Notes under the pieces: model-generated
Database searches by the model: none
What the model was told of the DNA's origin: nothing
What the model saw: the letters and a program-made list of their open reading frames with translations, nothing else
DNA from: Chrysomallon squamiferum
Taxonomy: Eukaryota; Animalia; Mollusca
Direction: 5' to 3'
DNA length: 64,000 nt
Assembly (NCBI GenBank): GCA_012295275.1
Contig: CM022676.1
Span: forward strand, 10,788,001 to 10,852,000
Part shown: positions 40,542 to 54,265 of the stretch, piece by piece
Layout of the letters: each line of letters begins with the position of its first letter
Position numbering within the stretch: the first letter of the stretch is position 1
Translations under genes and position numbers: made by a program

Positions 40542-41553
40542 AATCTTCTTATCTGCAAAGTAAAAATATAATTACTTAATGTTAGGAAATACAAACGAAA
40601 CAGGATTTTAATTTTTTGTAAATTTTTAATTTAATTAAATACTTTTAACAAATTAGAAACAAACAGCTTTCAAGTTTAGCTGAAGATTTGTAGAAATGCG
40701 TTAAGTTGTATTTCTATCATTGATTCTCTAAGAAAACGTGAATAATAACGGTTTTATTTTTGTAATATATTTTCTTGTAATTCAAATATGACTGAGTTTT
40801 GAGTACTTAATAATTATCCATCATTTTAAAAGCTATTAATTAGAAATTATTTTCTGTGAATCATTTGAACGGAAAGATAGTTGCATAAAATTAGAGAACA
40901 TCTTTGTCACATTCTGTGTCAATTTGGGACGGTACAGATGACAAAATACATACTGAGAAATGGGATCTGCTTCAGAATAGTCTACACGCATGTGAATCTA
41001 ATTTCAACTATTTTCTAGAGTATAAATTTCTGTATCATGGGAAAGTTGCCATTTTGTTTCTATAGTTTTAATTAATGATTGTAATAGTAATAGTTTTAGT
41101 AGCCTGGACTTTTTAGTTATAACAATGTTTTTATGGTATGGTCACTTTCGATGATAGGGGAAAATTACATTTTTCACTGTAATGATATACAACAAATTAG
41201 AGGCTATAATTGCTTCTTGGAACAATCCCTAAATTCATTTTTGCTAAAGACCTTTATAGTTTGTTGATAAATCGTAGAAACAAGCCAGGGTTTTTCAATG
41301 CTTTTATTATTTATTGTTGCTGCAGCTGTTGTGGTTATTATTGTTATTATTTTATTATTAAAATGAATGACAGATGACAAAAATGTTTCAACCCACATCA
41401 ATGAAAACATTACATATAAATATATTACTGCATAATATGTAGAATAAATTTAACAAAGCTTATTAAACCGAAATTTTGATTCTATTTATTTACTTACTTG
41501 TTCAAATCACCCATTAAGTGGAAAATTTCATCCTAATTCCATTTGTCTGTATA

Positions 41554-41586
<33 letters not shown>

Positions 41587-42869
41587 CACTACATTTAAAT
41601 TTAAAAGAAAAGGAGTTTAAAACAAAGTGTGAAAACTTACACTGCACCTACATTTAAAATTTTTCTGTTTAAAAGAAAATACTGATTGAAGGTTAGTTTA
41701 AAAAACAAATTCGTCCAAATCAGTAACAAGTCTGTAAATCTATCTAGAACAGAGGGGAATCATTACTGAACTGCAGCCTCATCCTCGGACCATGATCAGT
41801 GCTTTGATTTAGAATTTATAACATTTTTTTTTTGTTTATCTACTTCATCACATTTTTACTGAATAAATTTTCTGTTTATATTTTTGTAAATATCAGGAAT
41901 TGTATTTTATTTTATTTTATTTATTTTAACTGATTTATTCTGATTTTATAAGTGCAGAAGCTTTAACTATGTTTCATATTAATTAAATACCCTTTCACGA
42001 AGTTACATCAATTTGTCCTCCTGGTTGCACCTGTGTTACAATGTTTTATACTTTAATATTTCAATGTCAGTATTTACCTACGGTTAAGGTCATTTCATTT
42101 CAATCCCTGTCTTGGCTGTTTGAAACTAGGTCAGTTTATTAGTCACTTATTTCTCCCACCTGGACGTTCTATCTTCTTATTATATATATATTTATAATTA
42201 GTTTTATCAATAGGAATAGAACAATGTATTTCTGAGAACAGCACAACAATAACAAGATTTATTTGCAGATTTATTTATATTTATTTCAGATTCAGAGACT
42301 GTTTCATGGATCTACTGAAAATATCTTTAACAAATTAAATATATTGTAGAAGCATGCCTTTATTATTCAAAATTAGCTACCAAATAGTGTTACTAAATCA
42401 ATAATTCTATAGACAAAGTGTTAAATTCATGCACTTTCTCCAATTTCACAATCACCTCTCTATTGTTAAATGTTGTCAACCCATAATTTACAAAATATAA
42501 CAAGAAATTAATTTACTTCTTTCATCCTGCTTCAGTAATATTTTATGACATTGGCGGAAAAAAAAGAGAAAAAAGCTTCCTTAATAACAATTACACATTG
42601 CTGACTGATTTTAGCAGCATATCCAATCATCTAAAATGATTAAGACCTGTTTTGAAAAGAAATTTGCTGATTTGAAACATTGCCGGTTTCAACTATATTT
42701 TACTGTTGCATATTTTAGGAGTGAATGAATGTCGGACACAAGACCGGGGCATAAAATGATTAATAAAAATCAAACTAAATGTAATAATGAGTCACAAGGG
42801 TGCTAATGAAGGCACCTCTACAGATAAAGAATGTTTATCTTTATTATGTTTTTTCAAATTTTTAATAAT

Positions 42870-43750
42870 AATAATAATGACGTCATCTATATTACGTGAA
42901 CTAGTTTTGAGACTGAAAATATGGGTCAGCGAAAAAGTAGTTGCTTAGAATTCGTAAAGGAATAGCAAGCATGCCAGTAAACTCACCGTATATATTATCT
43001 AAAATGTTATTTTGATCTTCCTATATAACTTCAATATGATTTGATAGAAATATAATGAGTTAATCGATTCGGAAAGAAAAGACATTTTTATTGAATTTGA
43101 TTCGCCAAGACGCTCTATCGAAACGACAGTTAGCATGTTGAAAACCTACTTCGCAATTATAGGACTGAATAAAATTTCATCAGTTTGTAGATTAAATGTT
43201 ACATAACAAATTATTTAATTTAGAAAGAAGCCCCTATACTGATAGATGTGCTTTGATCGGTTGAGCTTGAAAAATTGACGGATTTGACAAATTGAAAAAT
43301 GACGATCTATACGGGCGCATCTTTTTAAGAAAACGCCGGTAAATAATTGCGCTGAATCGAAGGAAACCTGCATTTCGGTATTGTGTTTATTAATAATGTT
43401 ATATATAATGTAATGATGTCTAAGGGACGGAAATATTTTCAATAAAAATTACTATTAGTTTTACATAACTTACATTGGCTGCGAACAATAGTACAGATCA
43501 AAACCCAGTTTCAGTACCGGAAGTACAATGGGCGAGTCCAATATGATAACAGGAAAATAATGGTCGGGAAAAAAATCTTCTTTAGCAAAGGAAAGAAAAT
43601 CTAAATATAATTTTAAGAAATTATTGCAGTAACTATTGGCACATTTTATTGAGAATTTTGGCCAACACACAAGCCATTTACTGAATAACGGGCACCAGAG
43701 AGGCCCAAGAATTGCGTATGACGGACGGCCCCCTGTTCCTCCAATTTGTT
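42870..43750 (+). repeat. Diverged copy of the block upstream of G1, here upstream of G2
   Basis: TGACGTCATCTATATTACGTGAACTAG (42878) versus TGACGTCATCTAGATTACGTGTGCTAG (17611); collinear similarity continues (TTCGGAAAGAA, TTGAATTT.ATTCGCCA, AACCTGCATTTCG). Confidence 0.75.
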
Positions 43751-45651
43751 TTTGCCCCGAGCCGCTTGACTCATTGCCAAAAGAGTCTAGTGATGGTAAA
43801 CACTATATTAAAAACTCCTAACACTAATATTTTTTAGGGAGGGGGTTCTGTTTGTTTAAGTTTTTTGTTTATTTATAATTAATGAAAAATATTATTTCTT
43901 TTTTTCCTCCTATGATAACTACTTCTATAGTGCATTAAATTAAACATATCAGCAATAACTCGGAAGTCATACGTGGTCACTATTGTGTTTCTGTTTAGAT
44001 TTAAGGTATGTGGCTCAGGTGATCAGGGGAAAACTGCCCTTCCAAATTTGGACAAAGCAAGAAGATGCTAGAATTTGTGTTGATATCTTAAAATGTTTTC
44101 TGTAACATAAAAAAGTCATATAGCCTTGGTTGTGTTTGATATCTAAGTTTATTTGCCTCATCAAAGAGGTCCGTGATTTTTTTGATTTTTGATTATTATT
44201 TTTTTTTTTTTGGCAGTTTAGGTAAAATCGCAGTAACTCACAAACAAATTTACTTGAAACATTTGTAATTTTATTATTTATTTATTTATTTATTTATTTA
44301 TTGCTTAGAAATCTTTACGTGCTGACAGAATTACGTAATGACGGGCATTTGTTTACACTTTTTTTAATATTTAGTTTAATTTTTTTATATTTTATTTCAT
44401 ATATATATATATTTCAAAGTTGTAATGTATTTTTTGCTGATAATGATTTTATAATAGATTTACTAAACTCTGAAAACTGACTGAAAAAGGCGGGTTTATT
44501 CGTCTTTTTTCAGTTTGTTGTTTCGGTAGTTTTTTTTTTTTTTTAGACTTTTAAATTAAAGTATCTTCTTTACGAATAATTTAGACTAGTTTAAAAGGCA
44601 TGCACGCTAAAGTTCTGTCTTCTTATTTGAAACTCTCTCAGCATTCCAGTACATTATGCTGATGGTGGCGAGATATTTTTGCTGTTGTTTATTTTACTAG
44701 TAGCTTTACTTGTCTTCTGGCTCTACTAGATGGTCGTGATGGTCGTGAAGTAGCTGAAGATCGGATCCTTGAGGTACGGATGCCAGCGTTGCACCTGTTT
44801 GGTGAGTCATCACACTGCTATCACTGGTCACGTCAGTATTTTCCATCAATGTAGTCATAAAAGATGTTGGTGCATAGTAACCTTAGCCAGTCTCTGTCTA
44901 GTCTCTACCCATTCACCAGTCCAGCACGGGTGTCTCTAACAGAAGCCAAAGCTCCAGATGGCTCAGCTCCTTGGCTCATTGAATAATACAGTCTAAATAT
45001 AAATTTCCTTAGAGTATTAACAGAATCGTGTTTTTTTTTTTCAGTTAGAATTCTTTAAAAGTGCAGGCCAATTGATTTAGAGTATACAAATTGTGTAATT
45101 ACTATGAAAAACTATTTCATACTGTCATAAATGTTCGTTTTATTTTCTTTGCATTTTTTAATCCGAACACATTAAAGTTATGAGTTTAAAAGCAATATTT
45201 TTGGTAAAAATGCAATGTCGATATTGCGTTATAAACTCCACTACTCACAGTAAGCAGTTTTAATGTTTTAATCTGATATAACTCTGAATCGTTTTTGCGA
45301 AATGTGAAGTTATTTGTAGACTGACACACAAATCTGCATTAACGCTCTTTGTTTCAGCGTTTTGAACACTGGACTTATATGTTTTTCAGTATTTTTCACT
45401 TCTGTGATATTTTTCCTTTAGTTCTTTTTTTCTAAAATGTTGGCCTATAATTTTATTACTGTTCCGACTGAAACACAGCTATATTTAACAGTGTTGTAAC
45501 TATTTTTTTTTTTTTTTATTTATTATTATTATTATTATTTGTTATGAAAAATATTAGGGATGAACACCAGTGAATGAAAACAGGGTGACTGGTAAAATAT
45601 CCCTGTTAACAGAAGCCAAAGTGTTTTAAATTTTCTTCTATTTTATTTTAT

Positions 45652-45691
<40 letters not shown>

Positions 45692-45805
45692 TTTTATTAT
45701 TATTTTTAAAATTATTTATTGTTTGTTTTCAGTGTAGGTGTTAAAAATGCTGCATATATTGGAGAATGTACTACTTATTTTATATTATTTTTAGTTTATT
45801 TCATT

Positions 45806-45836
<31 letters not shown>

Positions 45837-46259
45837 TTTTATTAATTTATTTTTTAAAACTTTTTCTTGTTTGTTTGTTTTCAGTGTATAAGTTAAAAAT
45901 TCGACATATAACTGGAGAATATACTACTGCTTTCTAATAGTTATACATATTTTGTCTCAGTATTCCTTTAGCTAAAATCATCAGCAAGACAAATATCAAA
46001 ATTAAAGCTTCTATAGACAGACCATGTATGTCAGTCTAGAAACAACACAACAAAATTAAAAAGCTAACTACAGCACTAAAACAATGCCACGTAGGCCATG
46101 CTAGCTCGTCTTGGTATTCTAGACTAACCAAGAAATACAAAGTTAGGCCACAGACTACTCAAAACGAAACTGTTCAGTTTATTTTGACAGCATCGCACTA
46201 GATACAAATTGGGACAAATGAGTTCGATTGGTAAATATGTTACTGATGGAACTCCGTAT

Positions 46260-46314
<55 letters not shown>

Positions 46315-46669
46315 ATAATTAAGAATGTTTCGGCACCAGGGCAACTTAATTTTGATCAAACCAAATATCAGACATTATGGAGTAATAGGATGGATGACTG
46401 TCAGGATGGTCATATTCTACTTATGTTTTACAGAAATAGAGATCACAATAACTAATTAACAAAATAAATAAATGAATAAAATCAACAAAAAATAAAATAA
46501 TAAAAAATTAAACAAAAGCAAATTAAACGGAAGAAAGAACAATAATTGTACATTTTTGTCTGTGAGGTTTTGTTTCAGTACTGGATCTTTTGTTATATGC
46601 GTGCAAGTGTGAGTGTTTTGAACAGTTAATGTGTTTCCTATTTCCTATACAATAAAGCGAAACATTTAT

Positions 46670-46773
46670 CGCCACGTCACTTCAGATACTCACTGTTGTG
46701 ATCGGAAATATCCTGAATCGGTGGAAAATATCAACGAATACGGAAGCTGTTGTAGTGTAGTTGACCTATTTCA
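46670..46773 (+). promoter_or_regulatory. Candidate G3 core promoter and non-coding first exon
   Basis: CpG-containing patch with CCACGTCAC followed by a consensus donor TCA|gtaagt at 46774; the G3 signal exon begins with an acceptor, so an upstream exon is required. Confidence 0.4.
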
Positions 46774-47005
46774 GTAAGTTACTAAATTTATCTATTTTGT
46801 GTGGATTTTCTCTAAAATTTTGAGCAAAGAAGCACACAAGAAACATGCAAGGAGAGTGTGTGATAACATTTCACAACAACAGTGTGTGATAACATTTCAC
46901 TACAACAGTGTTTAAAAATTTTGCGTACTAAAAATAATATGACACGTCATCATGTAGATATGGCAGAAAGCAGAATTCGATTTTTCCGATAGTAGATGTG
47001 AATCG

Positions 47006-47330
47006 TAGTCTGGTGGCAAGGCCCGATAAGCGTGCATTGCGGTCCGTACAAAATGTTTTTTTTTGCTGTTTCTATACCTCCGAGATGTGCTCTTTAAGAA
47101 TCTGAATGATGCCACTCTGTCATCCTTGGGCAATCCGCACAATATGCCAATTAAGGCCGCCATTACTGAAAATCTTGTTTTCGTCAATATCTCAGTAACT
47201 ATGCATGGTATCAAAATAATTTTGGTGTCTATCCCCATGTTTTGAGGGGTAAAGAATCAGATTCAGTCAAGATCACACCAATATTTAGTAATGGCGGCCT
47301 TAATATGCCTATTCAGCACAAATTTTCATT
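47006..47330. mobile_element. Academ-like transposon terminal fragment
   Basis: Begins TAGTCTGGTGGCAAG, resembling the TAGTCCGGCGGCAA termini I recall for Academ elements; only one end seen. Confidence 0.45.
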
Positions 47331-47784
47331 TCATTATCAAGAACTATTTTTTTTCTTTTATTCTGTCTTACAAGTTATATTCACATAACTGAATGTGTAA
47401 ATGAAAACAAAATATTGAACACAAATATGATATTTTTTTTATTATTTTGTTTCTGAACAAATGGCAAGTAACCCAAGAGAACCTTATTTTGATCCCTTTA
47501 ATATACATTTTATATAATTTTATGTTTGTGTAGTGATGATTTATTTTAAATTTGAGTTTAATATTTAATATCATTGTTCTTTAGTATTCATCTCCCGTTT
47601 TTTTTTTTCCAAACTTTGTGATATGTGTAGCTGTCAGTTGTCATTATATTCTGATACAATTCATTTTTAGACAAGTAATAAAATTGAAATAGCCTATTGT
47701 TGTTAATTACATTTTTCTGTCGAGCAAAATGATTAAATATTTCGTCGGAAATAAATTTGTATTTCTTTAATTATTTTACAGATA

Positions 47785-47839
47785 ATGATTTTTGAAGTGT
47801 CTGTGCTGTTTATCTTGATTGGCAATGATTCTGTAAAAG
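47785..47839 (+). CDS. Gene G3 signal-peptide exon
   Basis: ttttacag acceptor (exon starts 47782), MIFEVSVLFILIGNDSVK(G), 55 nt, AAG|gtataa donor, phase 1 compatible with 49178. Confidence 0.75.
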
Positions 47840-48643
47840 GTATAAATAGCAGTTAGATTCCACAGTAAATATCAGAAATTATGTTTAGGCAATGCAGAAA
47901 AAAAAAAATTGTTTCTGTGATAAGTTGATACATCATCTAATTTTTAAGTATCATTTAGTATTTTGACAAAATGCAGATATATTAAATACAGTTTATATGT
48001 ATTAATTATATATTATAGAACCTTTTTTTTACAAATCACATGAAAAAAAACCCAAAACACCAGCAGCATCTTACAAATAAAGAATAAATTATATATATTT
48101 AAGGGGTTATTTTATAATGGTAAATGTAATTCTCATTCCACATTCAATAATAATTTTAGTAAGCAACTGAATATCTATAAGTAGAACAAATTAGTCTTAA
48201 ATAATTTAGTACATGACACATTGTATATAATCATTAAGTTCTGCAAATAAATAAGATAATTTGCTTGTGTAAACCATTAGTATTATAAACAAACGGTAAT
48301 GCAGTGCCATTTTCAGCTATTTATAATGTAGTAATTATCTCAGAGCTAACACACTGGCATAAAGACTATTCTTAAATTTGTCTCACTATAATAAGCATTT
48401 TTTTTAAAATATATTATTTAAATTTATTATTTTTCTTTATTTTTCTTTCTTTCTTTTTTATTTTTTGACTTTTTGACATTAGCATGGATTCAGAACGGTT
48501 ATTATTATTATTTATTTTGTTTAATTATTTTATTTCACCATAGAATAAACGTAGTGCAACTAATACATGCTAATCTAATAACATGTAAAAGTAAATTATT
48601 GTGCTGAAACAATATTACATTTTTCGTCAAATGTAAATGTGAT

Positions 48644-48741
<98 letters not shown>

Positions 48742-49177
48742 ACACATTTGTAAATGTATATGCATATGCATGTATGTATAATTATAGATGTCTGAACATT
48801 TTCGAATTTTGATTTACAGCTTGGCAATTAAAAATATCAAACTGATTATATAATTTATTTATTTATTTTATTTTATTTTATTTATTTGTTTATTTATTAT
48901 ACATCTATATATTTTTCAGAAAAGGTTCTGTTGCCTAAAATTATTGTTTATGCATTAATTTTGTTCATAAAAATATCTTGTTTGAAACAATTTTCCATAA
49001 CGATTACATAACCAAACAAAGACTTGTGTCTATCATTAGCTTCAACGGAAAAATATATATACCTTTCCACCATTTGTCACAGAACTCTGTACAATAATTT
49101 AATTTTGATTGCTCTTGAACCAACATTTTATTAATTTAATTATTTGATGTAGTTTGAATGCACTGTGCATTTTTCAG

Positions 49178-49507
49178 GTGGTATAACGAAGACATACATA
49201 GATTGTTTAACAGGAGCTTATCCTGGAAAGACATCAACTATTATATGCAGAGTAAATGAAAGTGTTCAAAACGGTATTCAAATATTTCGTGGAAATGGTG
49301 ATCTGGTAGTGTTTTGTAATATTGCTCACACTGTTTGTATTCCAAATGGAAGAGTCAGTGGTTATAGTGCTACCATTGACCAAAGTACAAGAGATGTCAC
49401 ACTTACAGTAGAGTCATTCAATCCTGAAGTAGATGTTGGAACCTGGAGATGCGCTGATGGAACACAACCTGGAGTTGGTGAAACTACATGTTATAAATAT
49501 GAATTAA
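49178..49507 (+). CDS. Gene G3 V-like Ig exon, copy 1
   Basis: ttttcag acceptor, 330 nt open, A|gtgtgt donor. IDCLTGAYPGKTSTIICRV...VVFCNIAHTVC...VTLTVESFNPEVDVGTWRC...TTCYK; D-x-G-x-W-x-C F-strand motif. Confidence 0.9.
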
Positions 49508-49966
49508 GTGTGTAAATATAAATGTACATAAATTATTTTCACTTAGAAAATAGCAGCTTAAGCCAGCTGAAATAAAATATCTTAAAATCTGACAATACCT
49601 TTACATACAAACTTGAAGGTGTCCGCAAAATAATTAAAGTAACAGGGACTCTGACTTTTCAAAATGAAAATACTTCCCACATTTCCAATGGATGAATACA
49701 TTTCATATTTTAAGAAGCGTACACTCCTGCATATTTTGTGTCCATATCAGCGATTTTCCTTTATTGTAGCTTATCCCCAAAATTAATATTAGTGAACAAT
49801 TACCGAAAAGAGACGCCATATCTTGGTTCATTCAATAATTTTAATCCACGATATCTTTATTGTGTTACAAAATAATTTAACTTTCATTGCTCTTAAACCA
49901 ACATTTTGATAATCCTGAATTAATTTAATTATTTGATGTAGTTTGAATGCACTGTGCATTTTTCAG

Positions 49967-50296
49967 GTGGTACAACGAAGACATACATAGATTGTTTAAC
50001 AGGAGCTTATCCTGGAACGACATCAACTATTATATGTAGAGTAAATGAAAGTGTTCAAAACGGTATTCAAATATTTCGTGGAAATGATGATCTGGTAGTG
50101 GTTTGTAATACTGCTCACACAGTTTGCATTTCAAATGGAAGAGTCAGTGGTTATAGTGCTACCATTGACCAAACTACAAGAGATGTCACACTTACAATAG
50201 AGTCATTCAATCCCGAAGTAGATGTTGGAACCTGGACATGCACTGATGGAACACAACCTGGAGTTGGTGAAACTACATGTTACAAAGCTGAGTTAA
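49967..50296 (+). CDS. Gene G3 V-like Ig exon, copy 2 (tandem duplicate, period 789 bp)
   Basis: Same acceptor context and length as copy 1; 11 amino-acid differences; A|gtttgt donor. Confidence 0.9.
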
Positions 50297-51383
50297 GTTT
50301 GTAATTATAAATATACCTAAATTATTTATAATTGAAAAATAAGATCTTAAGCAAACTGAAATAAAATGTCTTAAAATTTTACAATACATTTACATACATT
50401 TTGAAGATGTCAGAAAAGTAGTTAAAATAACAGGGACTCTGACTTTTCAAAATGAAAATACTTCCCACATTTCCAAAGGATGAGTACATTTCATATTTTA
50501 AGAAGCGTACACTATTGTATATTTTGTGAACTAAGTAAATAATCAAACAATAAAAATCACAACTCAAATGAATTTGACATACATATGCACTCTTATTTAC
50601 AAACATGTACATATAATTATCCTTATTGATATATTTTTTGGTCTTTGATTAAACGACCTTCAAATTACAAATAGGATGATTGGCTCGATACACTCATTTG
50701 TAAGCAAAAACCCACCAATTAGAGAACTTTAACAGTTTACTACAACAATTCTTTGGCGACTGTCTGCAGTTATGTAAAGAGGCCTTACACAGATGATCAG
50801 TCTTCGTAATCAACAACCCATTATTCTGTAATTACTCAGTGAAACAGTACATTGACCATTCCAATGCTTTGAGTTTTCAATGACTAATTTCAATTAAATT
50901 AGTGGTCTTGGAATGCCAAACAACTTTGAGTAATAGAGGTTTTCGAGTTATTGGCATCTGCATTTTCGAAGATAAGTATTACCAGTGTATAAAAAGGAAT
51001 TTGTGGGGATAAAAGACTTTCTCTTGAAGAGGCAGAAGTGTTTGAAAGATAAACAATTGAAATTTTAAAACTGGATTGTGTATATGTATGCATATATGTA
51101 TGGGTTTATAGACAGACAGAGAGATAGACAGATAGATAGATAGATAGATAGATATCTGCTATCAACTATTTTACGATTATCAAAGTTGTTAGATTTGTGG
51201 TAATTAAAGTACTGTGGAAGAAATAATAGTTTGACTTCTGATTAATCCGAAATGACAAGCTGCAACTGTATTGACAGTTTGTCACATCGAAATAAAATTT
51301 TCCGAATTACAAAAATGATTTATTTGATGAGCTCTTAAGAAACATTTAATTTTTTATTTAAACATATTACACATTTCTTTCAG

Positions 51384-51595
51384 GATTAACTAGCAATGTC
51401 GAAAATAGATTTTCCGACAACAGCCACACATCTGGCAAACTTCTATCTTTTCAAATTCCACGCACAAGTACTTCATACAAAACAACAAAATTGTCAGAAC
51501 ACTTCTTGCGACATGACTTTTTGTTATCCACTTCGAAGTCGTCATTTCGGCAGATGTTGGCGCCATTGACTCCGATTATTTTATCGCACCTTTGA
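51384..51595 (+). CDS. Candidate G3 stalk exon (3' boundary unresolved)
   Basis: tttctttcag acceptor; phase-1 frame RLTSNVENRFSDNSHTSGKLLSF... stays open to TGA at 51593-51595. The distal part may be transposon-derived. Confidence 0.35.
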
Positions 51596-51599
51596 GAAT

Positions 51600-52680
51600 G
51601 CCCACGTTATCTCCAGTCGTATTCATTCAGGGTTGAGTGTGTCGTGTTCCCAATTCTGTTGATCAAACAAACAAAAGGCAGTATGCTAGGACAATGATAT
51701 TTTCAAGCGGCCTCGATTGAAAAGTCATTAAAAAGCTTTGGTGTGTTCGCCTTATCTGTTCACGGAAAAGGCTCAAAACATATGAAAGGTGTATGAAACA
51801 TGGTCCCTATTTTTGGAACCTACTGGATTCTAGTGTAGGAGAAGAGAGGCCCTATGTAAGTTCACTCAGCATGGTGCTGACATATATTTGTTAGAACGTT
51901 TAATGCAAGTAGTAGTGATCTGAGTAGAAGTGGGCTTCTGCAGATGTCCATGGATGGCTCATCAGTAAACTGGTCATTTCAAATCAAACTAGAAAATTCT
52001 TACACTTTTCAGTATGACCTTCGCCTTCTGAAAATAGGTACTGTGACTGACTGGCTGTAGAGATTCTTCTTTAGCATTTGTTGCAATTTGTTTTGAAAAG
52101 TCTCGTCAGGTCTAGGAACGTGGCTTGCCTACATCCAATACTATTGGCCAGTTACCAGGATCAGTGCAGAACCAAAATGAAACGACTGTTGGAACATTTG
52201 ATAAACCGAAACGTGATGAAGATTCTGATGGTGATGTGGTATTTCCCAGCCTGATCGACTTCTAAAGAAATATTGTTGGGCAGCCAGGAAATATCTTGGT
52301 TTAAGGAATTTCAGCATCAGGTTGTGTGTATCACCAGGTGGATACTTTGATGTATGAAACTAAGAGTCGGGACAAAGCATTTGAAAAGCTCTGGGAATTG
52401 GGGGTACATCCGGGTGTCTGTTCAGGAAGGTTGTTCTGGCATGAAGAACACATAGTGAAGCTCAAGTTAATGGGTTGATAAATTGAAAAAAGTATGTTTT
52501 GTTTATAATGCATGCTTAATAAAATTTTCTGATCAAGATTTTAATAAAGCAAAGTCAAAATCTGGGGTATATAGTGATATTCTGATACTAAAGTCAAATG
52601 TCTTGAGGCACCAGGGCAACGAAAGAAAAAATTTGGAGAAGACTACTGATGAAAAAACCGAAGCACTCATTTTAGTTTCA
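51600..52680 (+). mobile_element. Decayed hAT-like DNA transposon inside G3
   Basis: Fragments GVFALSVHGKGSKH and LLQMSMDGSSVNWSFQIKLE...LLKIG resemble the SMDGPxVNW motif of hAT-like transposases; many stops. Confidence 0.5.
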
Positions 52681-53045
52681 TGAAAAGTACTTATAGAATT
52701 TTCGTTAAAGTTAGTTTCCTTTTTAACTGATTTAAAAACAAAGAAGAAGAAGAAGAAGAAGAAGACAACAGAAATGCAACAATAAACTTAATCTAATTAT
52801 AGTTTACCCTTCTTTTCTATGAAACTGTCTTCTTTCTGTGTCTTTGTGCAAAAATATTTGTATTATCTGTATTTACATATGAGCTTATATCAGTATATAT
52901 AATGTTATGCATATATGTATATTATGTCTATATATTTATCATTTATCTTTTGTTTTATGTCGTTCATGTATCTTTCTGTGCTACTCTATAAGCTTTATAA
53001 TTCTTTGTTTATTATTTTTGTTTCATATTTATATATTTTCTTCAG

Positions 53046-53082
53046 GCTGATCAACACTTTGGTCATCACTGGTTTCCTGTAG
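53046..53082 (+). CDS. Gene G3 probable terminal coding exon (hydrophobic C-terminus)
   Basis: ttttcttcag acceptor, phase 2: xLINTLVITGFL*. Exon, upstream intron and downstream 3' region (52810-53760) are inverted homologues of G2 36000-36970. Confidence 0.6.
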
Positions 53083-53180
53083 AGCTGTACAATCCTCACA
53101 GATAGATAAACACTGAGTTAGGAGATACAGCAAATACTGACAACAATCTAAATTATATTCTTGTTTCTTTCTTTGGGTTT

Positions 53181-53234
<54 letters not shown>

Positions 53235-54204
53235 TATTATTATTATTATTATTATTAGTAGTAGTAGTAATAGTAGTATTTAGTATTAGTATTAGTATTA
53301 TTACTCTATAATTGGAGAGAATGTAAATTGTCCAGGCAGTAATAGAAAAATTGTTATTCACATTATAGTTATTAGTTAAGTAATAATTATTAATTTTCAG
53401 TTTATATTTTGTAAGCAAAGGGTGAATTAATATATAGCTGTAAAACACTAGTTAGAATGATAAATCAGAAGTAATTGGTTAGTTAGAATGCTGCTACGTT
53501 TTCAGTACATTTCGAAGAAAAATGTCTAAGTTTTGAAGCAACTTTTTTCTCTTGAACACAATTAAGATTAAATGTGTGTTACAACTTTTATTAATTAGTA
53601 ATATTTTAGTTATTAACATGTTGATATATTTATATAATTACTGAAATTCATTGATAATGTAATTCGTAATGTTCTAGATTTAAATAGTTTCACATTTCAG
53701 CTACGATAATATCTCTTTTTTCTCTTTGTTTCTATTATTTTAACAGAATCTTTTCTGTGTTTGAATACTAACATGCTTAATGGTATATGTTGTTTCGAAA
53801 TTCTTTGTTAATGGTGAAATGTTTTAATATCACTGTCCATGTACGTTATTTTATTTTACTGACGATTAATTTCAACTATGATGCTACCTACTTTACGGTT
53901 TCTATTTGTTTTATTTTTTATTTTTATTTTTATTTTTTTTATATTATATTAATCGACTGTTTTCACTGTTTGATCTTAAGTTTTTCTTTTACAGTTTTTA
54001 ATGCTTTGTATTCGTTTGAAAAAGTTATTAAAATTTTATGATTTGGTTATTCTTACATTTGTTATTTTAAATATATGTTTAGCGAGAGAGATAGGTGCAA
54101 ATGTCCACAACATAGATTATTAATTAGTTATTTCAGCTTATATGACAATTAGGTTTAAAATTTCCCAAGTACGAAAAAAAAAATGATACTAACAAAGCAG
54201 GACA

Positions 54205-54265
<61 letters not shown>

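Noticed and set aside
49161-49167. CACTGTG heptamer (RSS-like) just upstream of both G3 V exons, also at 24411 and 4502, suggesting V(D)J-like recombination
   Set aside because: No GGTTTTTGT-like nonamer at 12 or 23 bp spacing, the heptamers lie in introns rather than abutting coding ends, the two G3 copies are one duplicated site, and no J-like segments or RAG-like ORF are present.
53029-53448. Minus-strand 139-aa ORF ending DCCQYLLYLLTQCLSICEDC...
   Set aside because: Mostly microsatellite; its complex part is antisense to the G3 terminal exon, whose plus-strand acceptor and frame are supported by homology to G2.
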